In this document: positions 18,505-28,817 of the stretch, piece by piece
How positions within the stretch are numbered: position 1 is the stretch's first letter
Layout of the letters: every line of letters starts with the position of its first letter
Assembly (NCBI GenBank): GCA_963804975.1
Contig: CAWDSG010000002.1
Coordinates: 341,015 to 405,014, forward strand
DNA length: 64,000 bases
Source: an uncultured bacterium
Lineage (GTDB): Bacteria > Patescibacteriota > Minisyncoccia > Phycocordibacterales > GWA1-40-21
Direction: 5' to 3'
Notes under the pieces: model-generated
The model's input: only the letters and a program-made list of their open reading frames with translations
Database searches by the model: none
Told to the model about the DNA's origin: nothing
Program-made: the position numbers and the translations under genes

Positions 18505-19086
18505 TTATGCGGCAACATTTTCTTCCTCGGAGACCCGATTCGTTTCTTCCGCTTTTGCAGAATTCTTGTAATTTTCAATCTCGGCTCTGGCCTCCTTGAA
18601 TTCCGGCATATCCTCTATTTTTGTAAGCCCGAGAAAGCTGATCAGCTCAAAAGTCGGCTTATACAGAAAACTTCTCTGGTCTTTAGGATTCGGTATTTTT
18701 TCCACAAGCCCGCGGATCATCAAGCTCCTCAATATGAAATTTGATTGCACTCCCCTTATATAATCTATTTCTGCGCGTGATATCGGTCCCTGATAAATTA
18801 TTATTGAAAGCGTTTCAAGTCCGGCTCTTCCCAAGTCCTTTACCAATTCTTCTTTTGTAAGTTTTTCTATCAGCTCTGAAGCGTCTTTTGAAGTGCCAAG
18901 AGCCACTTCATCTTCTTTTTTTATCATGACAATTCCCCTTCCGGAAAGATTGGTCTCAAGATTTTTAAGCGAAGCGGAAATTTCCTCCTCGGTTTTATTG
19001 AAAATTTGCGAAAGTTTTTTTATTGAAACCGGCTCTCCAAACCAGAAAAGCACCGCTTCTATTTGTTTTTCCAATTCGTTTTGCAT
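18505..19086 (-). CDS. scpB: segregation and condensation protein B
   Basis: 'VQSNFILRSLMIRGLVEKI' winged-helix ScpB pattern; 193 aa, directly downstream of scpA. Confidence 0.8.
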   Translation of the reverse strand: MQNELEKQIEAVLFWFGEPVSIKKLSQIFNKTEEEISASLKNLETNLSGRGIVMIKKEDEVALGTSKDASELIEKLTKEELVKDLGRAGLETLSIIIYQGPISRAEIDYIRGVQSNFILRSLMIRGLVEKIPNPKDQRSFLYKPTFELISFLGLTKIEDMPEFKEARAEIENYKNSAKAEETNRVSEEENVAA

Positions 19087-19097
19087 TGTTTTTAAAA

Positions 19098-19826
19098 TTA
19101 ATAACTCGGAACCTCAACATGCTTTGTTTCCATGTGGATATCCTCAAATTTGCCTTTCTGATTGACCTCAATTATACCCCGCTTCACGAGCTCGAGCATA
19201 GCCAAAAAACTTATAATAATATTGATTTTATCAGCTTTTCCCATTCCCGAAAAATCTTTGAAGCTCATTTTCAAGGATGATTTTACCCGTTCCGTAAGTT
19301 TTGTAATCATCTCTTCCAAACTTATGACTTTATCAATTTTCACTTTCGGCCTTACATCAAATTTTGGCAGATTTTTTATCACTGCAAAAATGGCTTTAGC
19401 TATATTTTCCTTTGTCATTTTTGCGTCCGGAGAAAATACCGGTTCAAATTTTCTGGCGTTCGGGAAAAAGAGAATATTTTTTCCGAAAGTGTTTTTAATA
19501 TGGATGCTTAATTCTTTGAGTTTTTTATAGATTTTCAGCTTCAATTCCAAATCATAAATATCAGCTTTTTCTTCCTCGGTAAGATCCAAATTAGGCAGAA
19601 GAGATTTTGATTTGATCAAAAGAAGTGTGGATGCGACAACAAGAAATTCCGAGGTATCTTTGATTGAATATACTTCCCTATTTTGCAGATATGAAATGAA
19701 GTCGTCAGTCACTTTTGCGAGCGATACGTCATTTATCAAAAGCTTTCTCTTTTCTATAAGAGAAAGAAGCAGGTCCATCGGTCCCTCAAAAACTTCCGTT
19801 TTGATTTTGAATTGATTATCGGTCAT
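19098..19826 (-). CDS. scpA: segregation and condensation protein A
   Basis: 'FEGPMDLLLSLIEKRKLLINDVSLAKVTDDF' ScpA N-terminus; 242 aa. Confidence 0.85.
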   Translation of the reverse strand: MTDNQFKIKTEVFEGPMDLLLSLIEKRKLLINDVSLAKVTDDFISYLQNREVYSIKDTSEFLVVASTLLLIKSKSLLPNLDLTEEEKADIYDLELKLKIYKKLKELSIHIKNTFGKNILFFPNARKFEPVFSPDAKMTKENIAKAIFAVIKNLPKFDVRPKVKIDKVISLEEMITKLTERVKSSLKMSFKDFSGMGKADKINIIISFLAMLELVKRGIIEVNQKGKFEDIHMETKHVEVPSY

Positions 19827-20209
19827 TAATTCAATATTTTTTTTAATACTTTTTTCAGTTCATCTTCCGTAGCGGATTTTGCTTTTTCAGGATTCAATTC
19901 GTAAGGATTGTTTATCGGTATCAAATGAATGTGAACATGCGATACGCCGAAGCCTTCCACGACCATGCCGATTCTTTTTGGATTCAGTTTTTCTTTCAAA
20001 AGCTTTGCAATTTTTTTCGCTGCAATCATAAGCTCGCAATATTCATCATCCGGCAGATCAAAAATATAATCAGAATGTTTTTTGGGCACGAGCAGAGTAT
20101 GCCCCGGTTCTACCGGCCTGATATCAAGAAACGCAAGATATTTATCATTTTCCCAAACTTTCAGCCTAGATCCTTCTTTGATTATTTTGCAAAAAATGCA
20201 ATTTTCCAT
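19826..20209 (-). CDS. HIT-family nucleotide hydrolase
   Basis: 'HVHIHLIP' histidine triad; 127 aa. Confidence 0.85.
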   Translation of the reverse strand: MENCIFCKIIKEGSRLKVWENDKYLAFLDIRPVEPGHTLLVPKKHSDYIFDLPDDEYCELMIAAKKIAKLLKEKLNPKRIGMVVEGFGVSHVHIHLIPINNPYELNPEKAKSATEDELKKVLKKILN

Positions 20210-20210
20210 T

Positions 20211-21623
20211 TTATTTCTTCTTTTTAATTTCTATTCTCAAATCTCTTAGTTGTTCGGCAGATACTTCCGATGGCGCATCCATCATCAAATCCTTCCCTTC
20301 TCCTGTTTTTGGAAATGCGATAACTTCGCGGATATTCAGCTCATTTTCCAAAATCATCATCAATCTATCAAGTCCCCAAGCGATTCCACCATGCGGAGGA
20401 GTGCCAGATTCAAAAGCCCGGAGCATATGGCCAAAATTTCTTTCAATTCTTTCGTTCTCATATCCCATTATCTGAAAAACTCTTTTTAATGCCTCCGATT
20501 TGTGATTTCTGATGCTTCCACCGCCAATTTCATTTCCGTTTAAAGTAATGTCGTATTGCGCTGCAACAATTTTTTCTATATTTGTTTTGTTCATCAGATC
20601 ATTAAAACATTCCGGTTTTGTTCCGGAAAAAGGATTGTGCGTAAAGGTCCATTTTCTATCATCCCCTTTTTCAAACATTGGAAAATCTACAATCCAAGCA
20701 AAAGCCAACAAATTTGGATCACTTTTATCTTTTCTTAGATCAGGTTTGTCGGTACCGTATCTTTTCATGGATTCTTTATAAGAAATTATCGGAAAAGGAA
20801 TCTCCTGGATTTTTTTGTGAGGATAAAGTTTTTGAATGGATTCAATAAGGGCTTTTTCGTTCACACTCATCACATCTTCTTCTGTGGCAAAACTCATTTC
20901 CAAATCCATCTGTGTGAATTCGGGTTGTCTGTCGCCTCTTGAATCCTCGTCTCTGAAACATCTTGCGAACTGGAAATATTTTTCAAAACCCGCGGACATC
21001 AGAAGCTGTTTATACTGCTGGGGGGATTGCGGAAGAGCAAAAAACTTTCCCGTTTCAAGCCGTGACGGCACAATGAAATCTCTTGAACCTTCCGGTGTGG
21101 AAGCTGTCAGATCCGGAGTTTCTATTTCCGTAAAACCTTCTTTTTCAAAAATATTTCTCAAACACTGTATAAGTTTGAACCTGTTGCGAATATTTTTCTG
21201 CATCCTCGGTCTTCTAAGGTCCATATATCTGTATTTGAGGCGTGCATCTTCGCCGATATCTCTGCCGTCGCCTCGAACATCTATCGGAGGAACGCCTGCT
21301 TCATTTAAAACTGTCATGGAAAGCATTTCAACTTCTACCGTGCCATTCGCTTCATCTTTGTTTATCATTTTTTCCGGCCTAGCATTTACTTTTCCCGTAA
21401 CTTCCACTACCCATTCCGGTCTCACTGTATTTGCAAGTTCGTGAGCTTCTTTATGATTCGGCAAAGCTACCATCTGAACTTTTCCTGACATGTCTCGCAA
21501 GTCAATAAAAATAAGCTTGCCGTGGTCGCGTCTGACATCCACCCAGCCGGCAATTTTCACTTCTTCTCCGACTTTCTTATTCAATTCCCCGATATATGTT
21601 CTTTTCATGGTATTTTTATTCAT
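20211..21623 (-). CDS. aspS: aspartyl-tRNA synthetase (short form without the bacterial GAD insertion)
   Basis: 'CFRDEDSRGDRQPEFTQMD' motif 2 and 'GGGSIR' motif 3; N-terminal OB fold 'WVDVRRDHGKLIFIDLRD'; 470 aa. Confidence 0.8.
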   Translation of the reverse strand: MNKNTMKRTYIGELNKKVGEEVKIAGWVDVRRDHGKLIFIDLRDMSGKVQMVALPNHKEAHELANTVRPEWVVEVTGKVNARPEKMINKDEANGTVEVEMLSMTVLNEAGVPPIDVRGDGRDIGEDARLKYRYMDLRRPRMQKNIRNRFKLIQCLRNIFEKEGFTEIETPDLTASTPEGSRDFIVPSRLETGKFFALPQSPQQYKQLLMSAGFEKYFQFARCFRDEDSRGDRQPEFTQMDLEMSFATEEDVMSVNEKALIESIQKLYPHKKIQEIPFPIISYKESMKRYGTDKPDLRKDKSDPNLLAFAWIVDFPMFEKGDDRKWTFTHNPFSGTKPECFNDLMNKTNIEKIVAAQYDITLNGNEIGGGSIRNHKSEALKRVFQIMGYENERIERNFGHMLRAFESGTPPHGGIAWGLDRLMMILENELNIREVIAFPKTGEGKDLMMDAPSEVSAEQLRDLRIEIKKKK

Positions 21624-22608
21624 TTTTAAAATAATCCAAAAACATTTTTTCCTTCACTTTTTTCAAAGTTTCTTTTGCTACTTTCTTAGCTTTTTTTGTA
21701 CCTTCTAAAAGTATCTCCTGAACTATTCTTGGATTATCTTCATAATATTTTCTCCTCTCTCTTATGGGCTCTAATTTCTCTATTATACTTTCTGCTAATA
21801 TCGGTTTTAGTTCAGAATATTTTATTGTGTCAGTATCATATTCTTTTTTGAGTTTTTCAACCAATTTTTTGTCATCGGAAAACTGTTCAAAAAGTGACAA
21901 TAGATTCTGCCCACCTACCTTTCCTGTAAGCGCTCCTTTTATTTTTTCTCTGATGCTTTCCGGAGAATCAGTGAAAGTTATTGAATTGTCAGCGCTCTTT
22001 CCCATTTTTTTTCCATCCATACCCAAAACTCTAGGAAAATCTCCAACTTTTGCTTCAGGTAATTTAAAAGTTTCTCCATAAATTCTGTTGAATTTTCTAA
22101 CTATCTCACGCGTTTGTTCGATCATTGGCAGTTGATCCTCGCCAACTGGTACCAAATCTGCCTGGAACGAAAGAATGTCCGCTGCTTGGCTAATCGGATA
22201 TCCTAAAAAACCCATAGTTACATCATCCTTAAACAATTCTTTTTTCTGCTGGATTTCCTCTTTTACCGTAGGATTTCTTTTTAAACGATCAATAGTCACT
22301 AAATTAGAAAAGAAAATTGTTAATTCTGCTATTTCTGAAATTTCTGATTGAATAAATATTACTGACTTCTTTGGATCAATTCCCACAGCCAAATTATCCA
22401 TCGCCACTTCATAAACATTTTTTCTGACTTTTTGAGGATTGTTAAAATTATCGGTCAGAGCCTGAACATCAGCAATCATTACATATGTCTGATATTCATC
22501 CTGAAGAAGCACTCTATTTTTAAGCGCGCCCAATAAATGACCTATATGAAGTTGCCCTGTCGGTCTATCACCCGTAAGAATTGTTTTTTTGCCGGATTCT
22601 TTACTCAT
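21616..22608 (-). CDS. trpS: tryptophanyl-tRNA synthetase
   Basis: 'TGDRPTGQLHIGHLLGAL' HIGH region, 'KKMGKS' KMSKS variant; 330 aa (TrpRS size). Confidence 0.8.
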   Translation of the reverse strand: MSKESGKKTILTGDRPTGQLHIGHLLGALKNRVLLQDEYQTYVMIADVQALTDNFNNPQKVRKNVYEVAMDNLAVGIDPKKSVIFIQSEISEIAELTIFFSNLVTIDRLKRNPTVKEEIQQKKELFKDDVTMGFLGYPISQAADILSFQADLVPVGEDQLPMIEQTREIVRKFNRIYGETFKLPEAKVGDFPRVLGMDGKKMGKSADNSITFTDSPESIREKIKGALTGKVGGQNLLSLFEQFSDDKKLVEKLKKEYDTDTIKYSELKPILAESIIEKLEPIRERRKYYEDNPRIVQEILLEGTKKAKKVAKETLKKVKEKMFLDYFKNE

Positions 22609-22640
22609 AAGGTAATAATATCACAAAATTTTTGAGTTTT

Positions 22641-24428
22641 CTATTGTTCTTCATCGCTAATAAACCCACTTACCTGCAAATCCCAAAGTTTTTTATAAAG
22701 CCCACTTTTCTTGTTGACCAGTTCATCGTGGCTCCCTTCTTCAATAATCTTGCCATCCTGTATCGCGATAATACGGTCCATTTTCTTGATAGTGGAAAGC
22801 CGGTGCGCAATGACAATCGTAGTGCATCCGCGCATAAGATTATCAAGGGCGTCCTGAATCAAAAATTCCGAATGGGAATCCAAGCTTGAAGTCGCTTCGT
22901 CGAGAATTAGTATCGGCGCTTTCTTTAAAATCGCTCTGGCAATCGCAACACGCTGGCGTTCGCCGCCGGAAAGCTTTATTCCCCGCTCGCCGACAAAAGT
23001 ATTGTATTTCAAAGGCAGAGTATCAATGAACTCATCGCAATGAGCAAGGCGTGCAGCTCTGATTACTTCTTCGTCCGTTGCATCCCGTCTTCCATAACGT
23101 ATATTATCCAAAAGCGTGCGATGAAAAAGAATCGGATCTTGAGGCACAAAGCCGATATTTTCACGAAGACTGTCTTGTGTAACGGTATGAATATCCTGTC
23201 CGTCAATCAGAATAAATCCTCTTACCACATCATAGAGCCGCATAATAAGCCTGACAAAAGTGGTTTTGCCCGCTCCGGATGGCCCTATAATTGCAATTTT
23301 TTCTCCCGGTTTAATCGTGATATTTATATCGCTTAAAACTTCCCGTGTCTCGTTGAAATTGAAACTTACGTTTTTAAACACAATCTCTCCTTTATTTACG
23401 GCAAGTTTTTTTGCACCGGGAACATCCTGTATTTCGTACGGCGTCAGAAGAATATCAACCATCTCTTTTGAATCCGCAACGCTTTCGGATATTCGGCGGA
23501 CAACGCTGCTAAGGCCCCATAATTGCTGGGCAAGGCCAATGACATATGTTTGGACTAAAACGAAAACACCGATTGTCGCCAAACCTTTCTCCCAATATTT
23601 TATTGTGTAATAGAAAACGAAAAATTCGACAAGGGTAATAAGAAGCGACTGTGTTCCATCCACGATTTCGCTCAAAAGCCAGGAAAATCTCATTTTGCGC
23701 GCCTGGTCATCGGAAACATTTTTAAACCCTTTCGATTCGTAGCTATGTCCTGTAAAAAAGGAAATAGCATTATTGTTTGTTATCGTATCTGCAAGATATC
23801 CTGTAGTTTTGGAATCGGCCTCGGCGACTGCAAGATCATATTTAAGTTTCCATCGCGAAAAGAAAAAATTAAATATAATAAATAAGATCACCCAGCCAAG
23901 GATGACAAAAGAAATAAGCGGAGCAATAAACCATGTGATGGCAATGGAACCGACAATAGTGATTGCAACGGGCATAATGTTGAACGCGATGACGTCACAT
24001 AACACTTCAAAAGAACGGCTGAAACGATTGACTCTTTGGACAAGTCCGCCTGTAAAATTATTGGCGAAAAAACTGTAAGAATGCAGGGACATATAATTGA
24101 ACGCATGCTGTTTAAGCCAGGATATTACTTTTGATTGCATTCCGTTATACCAATACATGCCAATTCGCCAAAAAATCCAATTGGTAAGATGAAAAGCTAC
24201 GACAATGATAATGATTACAATCAATTGATGAACTACAAGAGAATGGTTGGTACCGGCAATACCCAATACATCAAAAAATTTTTTATAAAAAATCGGTACA
24301 AAAAGAGACACGGTCTGGGAAATAAAAAAGAACGCAAAAGCGCCGTAAAACATTACTTTGTTCGGTTTTATTCCCTTCCAGAATTCCTTGATTATCTGGC
24401 TGATTTTTATGTTTTGCGATTTTTTCAT
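22641..24428 (-). CDS. ABC exporter, fused permease/ATPase (MsbA-like)
   Basis: 6-TM N-domain then 'GPSGAGKTT' Walker A, 'LSGGERQRVAIARA' signature, 'ILILDEATS' Walker B; 595 aa. Confidence 0.85.
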   Translation of the reverse strand: MKKSQNIKISQIIKEFWKGIKPNKVMFYGAFAFFFISQTVSLFVPIFYKKFFDVLGIAGTNHSLVVHQLIVIIIIVVAFHLTNWIFWRIGMYWYNGMQSKVISWLKQHAFNYMSLHSYSFFANNFTGGLVQRVNRFSRSFEVLCDVIAFNIMPVAITIVGSIAITWFIAPLISFVILGWVILFIIFNFFFSRWKLKYDLAVAEADSKTTGYLADTITNNNAISFFTGHSYESKGFKNVSDDQARKMRFSWLLSEIVDGTQSLLITLVEFFVFYYTIKYWEKGLATIGVFVLVQTYVIGLAQQLWGLSSVVRRISESVADSKEMVDILLTPYEIQDVPGAKKLAVNKGEIVFKNVSFNFNETREVLSDINITIKPGEKIAIIGPSGAGKTTFVRLIMRLYDVVRGFILIDGQDIHTVTQDSLRENIGFVPQDPILFHRTLLDNIRYGRRDATDEEVIRAARLAHCDEFIDTLPLKYNTFVGERGIKLSGGERQRVAIARAILKKAPILILDEATSSLDSHSEFLIQDALDNLMRGCTTIVIAHRLSTIKKMDRIIAIQDGKIIEEGSHDELVNKKSGLYKKLWDLQVSGFISDEEQ

Positions 24429-24514
24429 AATAAGCGCCGATTATATAATAAAAATAGCCGGATGAGAAGAGAACAGCCCGGCCAATTTTATTTGATTGAA
24501 ATTTATTTGATCAA

Positions 24515-25195
24515 TTATGTTTTTAATTTTGCAACTTCGGAAAAACTGCATTCGCACGGAGCTTTGTGGCATACATGGCATCCGTTGTAATACATTTTTT
24601 CCAACTCCTTCGCAACGTCTATTTTTGCCGAATTTGCCACTCCAAACATGCAGGAAACAAAATCTGCCAGTTCAAGTTTAATCTCATCAAATTGTTTTTG
24701 CTGATGCTGGCCTAGATAATTATGAATAGCTTCGCTTACCTCGCCCATTTCTTCCGCCAGATGCACTCCTGCATCTGCAAGCGTTCTTGTATCGGGAGGA
24801 TATATCTCGCTGAACATTTTCTGAAAACCGGAAAGTGTTTTTGGCCTGAGATTATTGTTTATTTTCACTTTTAATCTTTCTACAGGTTTTATTTTCTTGC
24901 AAATACATGGCTTGTTTCCGCAATATGAGCAAAGATACGGGAAACGTTTCCATACTTCTTCTTCAATATCAATATGAAGGCGTTCTATCATAGAAAACGA
25001 AAAAGCTATAAGCAGATTCAGTTTTAATTTTTCAATGTCGCCTTTTCTGATTCCTTTCAGGGCGCGCATCACAAACCGTTGTTGCTGCGTAAGCAGATCG
25101 TGTATTGAATAGTTGCGGTCATCAGGCAAGGAATAAACATCATTAACAAATTTCTGAAAACCCTTTATTGAATCTTTGTCTTGAAATTTAATCAT
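24515..25195 (-). CDS. tandem MazG-like (NTP pyrophosphohydrolase-fold) protein with two Cys-knuckle motifs
   Basis: 'LAEEMGEVSEAI ... ELADFV' MazG-type EExxE...D signature in second half; both halves end in C-x2-C-x4-C-x-C ('CSYCGNKPCIC', 'CHVCHKAPCEC'). Confidence 0.55.
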   Translation of the reverse strand: MIKFQDKDSIKGFQKFVNDVYSLPDDRNYSIHDLLTQQQRFVMRALKGIRKGDIEKLKLNLLIAFSFSMIERLHIDIEEEVWKRFPYLCSYCGNKPCICKKIKPVERLKVKINNNLRPKTLSGFQKMFSEIYPPDTRTLADAGVHLAEEMGEVSEAIHNYLGQHQQKQFDEIKLELADFVSCMFGVANSAKIDVAKELEKMYYNGCHVCHKAPCECSFSEVAKLKT

Positions 25196-25233
25196 ATTAT
25201 TGATTGTAATTATACGGACAAAAAAGTCAATTT

Positions 25234-26121
25234 TTAGAGTCCTTCTCTTTTCAAACTTTCAACATCCTCTCTCGCTTTTCTTGAAAGCCGGGTCGGAATT
25301 TTAATGTTAAGTTTGATGAGTAAATCACCTCTTTTTGAACCGCCGATGGGCACTCCTTTGCCCTTTATACGCAATATTTGGCCGAATTCAGCGCCTTCCG
25401 GAACCTTTAGCTCTATATCTCCATCAAGCGTTTTAAGAGTGTATTTAGCCCCAAGCAGAGCGTCGGAAAGTTTTATGTTCAATTCTGTTACTAGGTCTTT
25501 ACCTTCCTTTTTAAACAAAGGATCTTTTTTAACATGAATCTTAATATAAAGATCTCCGGGCGTGCCGTCTTTTATCGTTTCTCCGGCATTTGGAAGCCGC
25601 AGAGTTTGTCCGTTATCAATGCCGGCCGGAATAGTTACAGTAAATTTTTCTTCTTTCATCGTTCCGCTTGAATTTTTAGTCAATCGTATTTGTTTTTCTG
25701 CGCCGAATACGGATTCATAAAATGAAATTTCCAAATCTACCGAAATATCCCTTCCTTTTCTCTGTCTTCTTCCGAAACCTCCGCCGAAGAAATCTCCGAA
25801 AATATCTCCAAGGTCAAAATCAAAATTTTGTCCGCCTTGGTTGAATCCGGAAAAATCAAAACCAAAATCCTGCGCATTGAATCCGCCTGCTCCGCCATAG
25901 CCAGCCCCTGTCGGGCCCGCGCTTCCAAATTGGTCGTATTGCGCCCTTTTTTGGTCATCGGAAAGCACGCTGTAAGCTTCACTTACTTCTTTGAATTTTT
26001 CGGCGTTGCCTCCTTTGTCTGGATGATGTTCGTGTGCCAGCTTTCTGAAAGCTTTTTTAATATCATCTTTCGTGGCATTTTTTTCCACACCGAGCGATTT
26101 GTAATAATCTTTGTTTGACAT
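25234..26121 (-). CDS. dnaJ: J-domain chaperone (DnaJ class lacking the Zn-finger)
   Basis: 'DYYKSLGV...[15 protein letters not shown]' J-domain with HPD, G/F-rich linker, no CxxCxGxG repeats; 295 aa. Confidence 0.8.
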   Translation of the reverse strand: MSNKDYYKSLGVEKNATKDDIKKAFRKLAHEHHPDKGGNAEKFKEVSEAYSVLSDDQKRAQYDQFGSAGPTGAGYGGAGGFNAQDFGFDFSGFNQGGQNFDFDLGDIFGDFFGGGFGRRQRKGRDISVDLEISFYESVFGAEKQIRLTKNSSGTMKEEKFTVTIPAGIDNGQTLRLPNAGETIKDGTPGDLYIKIHVKKDPLFKKEGKDLVTELNIKLSDALLGAKYTLKTLDGDIELKVPEGAEFGQILRIKGKGVPIGGSKRGDLLIKLNIKIPTRLSRKAREDVESLKREGL

Positions 26122-26199
26122 TTATTTGATATTTGACTTTTATTCTACAATGATGTACCATACACTCGAAATTAAAATTCTTTGAGTGGAGGAAACAAA

Positions 26200-26376
26200 A
26201 TGCCTGAAATAATCGTTCATCTTATTATTGGACTAGCTGTAGGAACTTTTTGTGGGGTTACTATCAACGAGATTCCTGGTAGTTCACCTGCCTTATCGGT
26301 AGGTATTGGAATGTTGGCATGTATAATAATAACCTGTTTTTTATTAACTCTTATGTATATAAGAAAAAGAACTTGA
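26200..26376 (+). CDS. small membrane protein (58 aa)
   Basis: GGAGG RBS then ATG 26200; two hydrophobic helices; possible TTGACT/TACCAT promoter at 26136-26164. Confidence 0.4.
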   Translation: MPEIIVHLIIGLAVGTFCGVTINEIPGSSPALSVGIGMLACIIITCFLLTLMYIRKRT

Positions 26377-26395
26377 ATAAACAACCCTTGCGGGT

Positions 26396-26444
26396 GGCCT
26401 GCGATTCGCGCGTTTTTAGCGCGAATTGCAGGCCTTTTTGTTTT
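26396..26444. terminator. bidirectional rho-independent terminator (small ORF / dnaK convergent)
   Basis: ggcctgcgattcgcgc / gcgcgaattgcaggcc 16-bp stem, A-run upstream and T-run downstream. Confidence 0.75.
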
Positions 26445-26462
26445 CCAATTTTAATGAACTTT

Positions 26463-28349
26463 TTACTTTTTCTCCTTGTATTCCGCATCCTTGATGTTGT
26501 CATCTTTTTTATCCTCTGTTCCTGCAGTTTGTCCTGGCGCTTCTTTGCTTGCTTTTGAAACTGCTTCGCCGATTTTTTGCATTTCGGTTGAGAGCGCTTC
26601 TGTTGCAGTTTTTATTGCGGTCAAATCAGTTCCCTCTTTTGCTTTTTTAAGGTCGGCAATTTTATCTTCCACGCCTTTTACGATTTCCGGCGTAACTTTT
26701 GCGCCGTAATCCTTGATAGCTTTTTCCGCAGTATAAATCATCTGCTCGGCAAGATTTTTTGTTTCAACCTCCTCTTTTTTCTTTTTATCTTCCTCCGCGT
26801 GAAGTTCGGCTTCTTTTTGCATTTTTTCCACCTCTTCTTTTTTAAGGCCGGAGCTTGCTTCTATTTTTATGGACTGTTCTTTGCCTGTAGATTTATCTTT
26901 CGCTTTGACGTTCAAGATTCCGTTTGCATCAATATCAAAGCTGACTTCAATCTGCGGCATACCTCTTGGCGCCGGTGCTATGCCGTCCAGAATGAATCTG
27001 CCCAAGCTTTTGTTGTCTTTTGCCATCGGTCTTTCACCTTGAACGATATGGATTTCCACGGAAGTCTGGTTGTCCGCTGCAGTTGAAAATACCTGGCTTC
27101 TTGAAGTTGGAATGGTTGTGTTCTTTTCTATCAAGTGCGTTGCGACGCCTCCCATCGTTTCAATTCCCATTGAAAGCGGAGTAACATCAAGCAAAAGCAC
27201 ATCTTTCACATCGCCTCTCAAAATTCCGCCTTGAACCGCGGCTCCCATAGCCACAACTTCATCGGGATTTACGGAAAGGTTCGGTTCTTTTCCAAAAAGC
27301 GCTTTTACCGCAGAAACAATGGCAGGCATTCTTGTTTGTCCGCCGACCATTATGACTTCGTTTATTTCCTCTTTTTTAAATGGAGAAGCCGAAAGGGCTC
27401 TTTTTGAAATTTCCATAGATCTGTCTACGAATTCTTTTGTCAGATTTTCAAGAGTTGCGCGGGATAATTTTACAAGCAAATGTTTCGGGCCCGAAGCGTC
27501 GCTTGTGACAAACGGAATATTAATTTCCGTTTCAAGCACGGTTGAAAGCTCTATTTTTGCTTTCTCGGCCGCTTCATCAATTCTTTGCAAAGAAAGCGGA
27601 TCTTTTCTCAAATCAATTCCGTTTTCTTTCATAAATTGGTCTGCGAGCCAATCCACGATTTTTTTGTCTATATCTCGTCCGCCAAGATGCGAGTCGCCGT
27701 CTGTTGAGCGGACTTCCACCACGTTATCGCCAATCTCAAGTATTGAGATATCAAAAGTTCCTCCGCCGAAATCGTACACGGCAATCTTTTCATTCTTGTT
27801 TTTGTTGAGCCCGTAAGCAAGTGCCGCAGCTGTCGGCTCGTTTATAATTCTTAGGACATTTAATCCTGCGATTTGTCCGGCATCTTTTGTTGCCTGTCTT
27901 TGCGAATCGTTGAAGTACGCTGGCACTGTAATGACCGCGTCTGTAATTTTCTCGCCGAGCCGCGCTTCAGCATCGTTCTTTAATTTCTGCAATATCATAG
28001 CAGAAACTTCTTCCGGTCTGTAGTTTTTTCCTGCCATTGCAACTTCCACTCCGCCGTTTGAAGATTTCAAGACATCAAAAGAAACCGACGCTTTATCTTT
28101 CTGCACTCCGGCATCATCGTATTGATGGCCCATAAATCTTTTGATTTGGAAAACCGTATTTTTAGGATTGGTTACCGCTTGCCTTCTTGCAAGAAGACCA
28201 ACCAATCTTTCGCCGGTTTTTGTCGTTGCGACAATTGACGGCGTGGTTCTTGCGCCCTCGGCATTCTCAATGATTTTTGGAGAATTTCCTTCCATCACTG
28301 CCATCGCCGAAAATGTCGTTCCCAGATCTATTCCTATAATTTTTGACAT
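26463..28349 (-). CDS. dnaK: molecular chaperone DnaK (Hsp70)
   Basis: '[14 protein letters not shown]' ... 'DLGGGTFD' ... '[10 protein letters not shown]' Hsp70 signatures; 628 aa. Confidence 0.95.
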   Translation of the reverse strand: MSKIIGIDLGTTFSAMAVMEGNSPKIIENAEGARTTPSIVATTKTGERLVGLLARRQAVTNPKNTVFQIKRFMGHQYDDAGVQKDKASVSFDVLKSSNGGVEVAMAGKNYRPEEVSAMILQKLKNDAEARLGEKITDAVITVPAYFNDSQRQATKDAGQIAGLNVLRIINEPTAAALAYGLNKNKNEKIAVYDFGGGTFDISILEIGDNVVEVRSTDGDSHLGGRDIDKKIVDWLADQFMKENGIDLRKDPLSLQRIDEAAEKAKIELSTVLETEINIPFVTSDASGPKHLLVKLSRATLENLTKEFVDRSMEISKRALSASPFKKEEINEVIMVGGQTRMPAIVSAVKALFGKEPNLSVNPDEVVAMGAAVQGGILRGDVKDVLLLDVTPLSMGIETMGGVATHLIEKNTTIPTSRSQVFSTAADNQTSVEIHIVQGERPMAKDNKSLGRFILDGIAPAPRGMPQIEVSFDIDANGILNVKAKDKSTGKEQSIKIEASSGLKKEEVEKMQKEAELHAEEDKKKKEEVETKNLAEQMIYTAEKAIKDYGAKVTPEIVKGVEDKIADLKKAKEGTDLTAIKTATEALSTEMQKIGEAVSKASKEAPGQTAGTEDKKDDNIKDAEYKEKK

Positions 28350-28504
28350 AATTTTTTTAGTTAATTTAGAATTTTCGGAGGTGAAACCTTGAGAATTCGT
28401 ATTTAAGGTTTCTCCTCGGAAAATTCATTTGTAATTCCAAATGACCCAATTACTTGGGCCTAGCACATGACGAAAATTTTGCGAAGCAAAATTTTCGTCC
28501 AGTA

Positions 28505-28804
28505 TTAAAAATTTGGAGCTCTCGTTGATTGAGATGTAATAAAAGATAAATCTTTCAGGACTGTTGAAACATAAGAAAAAAACGGGCTGACTAGCGGCTT
28601 GATTGTCTGCCTTTCAAAATAAACAGGCAATGCCAAGTTTTCTTCTTTTCTGACCGCAGCTTGGCCGAGTATTTTTCCGTATACTGCCCTTGCTATCGTC
28701 TTACCGTTGATTTCTTGCAATTCAAAGACAACCAAGGCAAAGGAGCCGTTTGGCAAACGTACTGTTTTTCTTAGGTATTTTGGCTGTTTTTGGATGGATA
28801 ACAT
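28505..28804 (-). CDS. hypothetical protein between grpE and dnaK
   Basis: 99 aa, no recognisable motif; operon position where hrcA is often found but far too short. Confidence 0.35.
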   Translation of the reverse strand: MLSIQKQPKYLRKTVRLPNGSFALVVFELQEINGKTIARAVYGKILGQAAVRKEENLALPVYFERQTIKPLVSPFFSYVSTVLKDLSFITSQSTRAPNF

Positions 28805-28817
28805 ATTTGAAATTTAA

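Noticed and set aside
28466-28497. Treating the dnaK-leader hairpin gacgaaaattttgc-gaa-gcaaaattttcgtc as a member of the long-hairpin repeat family
   Set aside because: It shares only the AAAATTTT-type palindromic core. It lacks the GCCGTCGC motif and the long outer stem.
28350-28504. CIRCE/HrcA operator upstream of dnaK
   Set aside because: The inverted repeat TTAGCACTC-N9-GAGTGCTAA was searched by eye on both strands and not found. The hairpins present have unrelated sequence.
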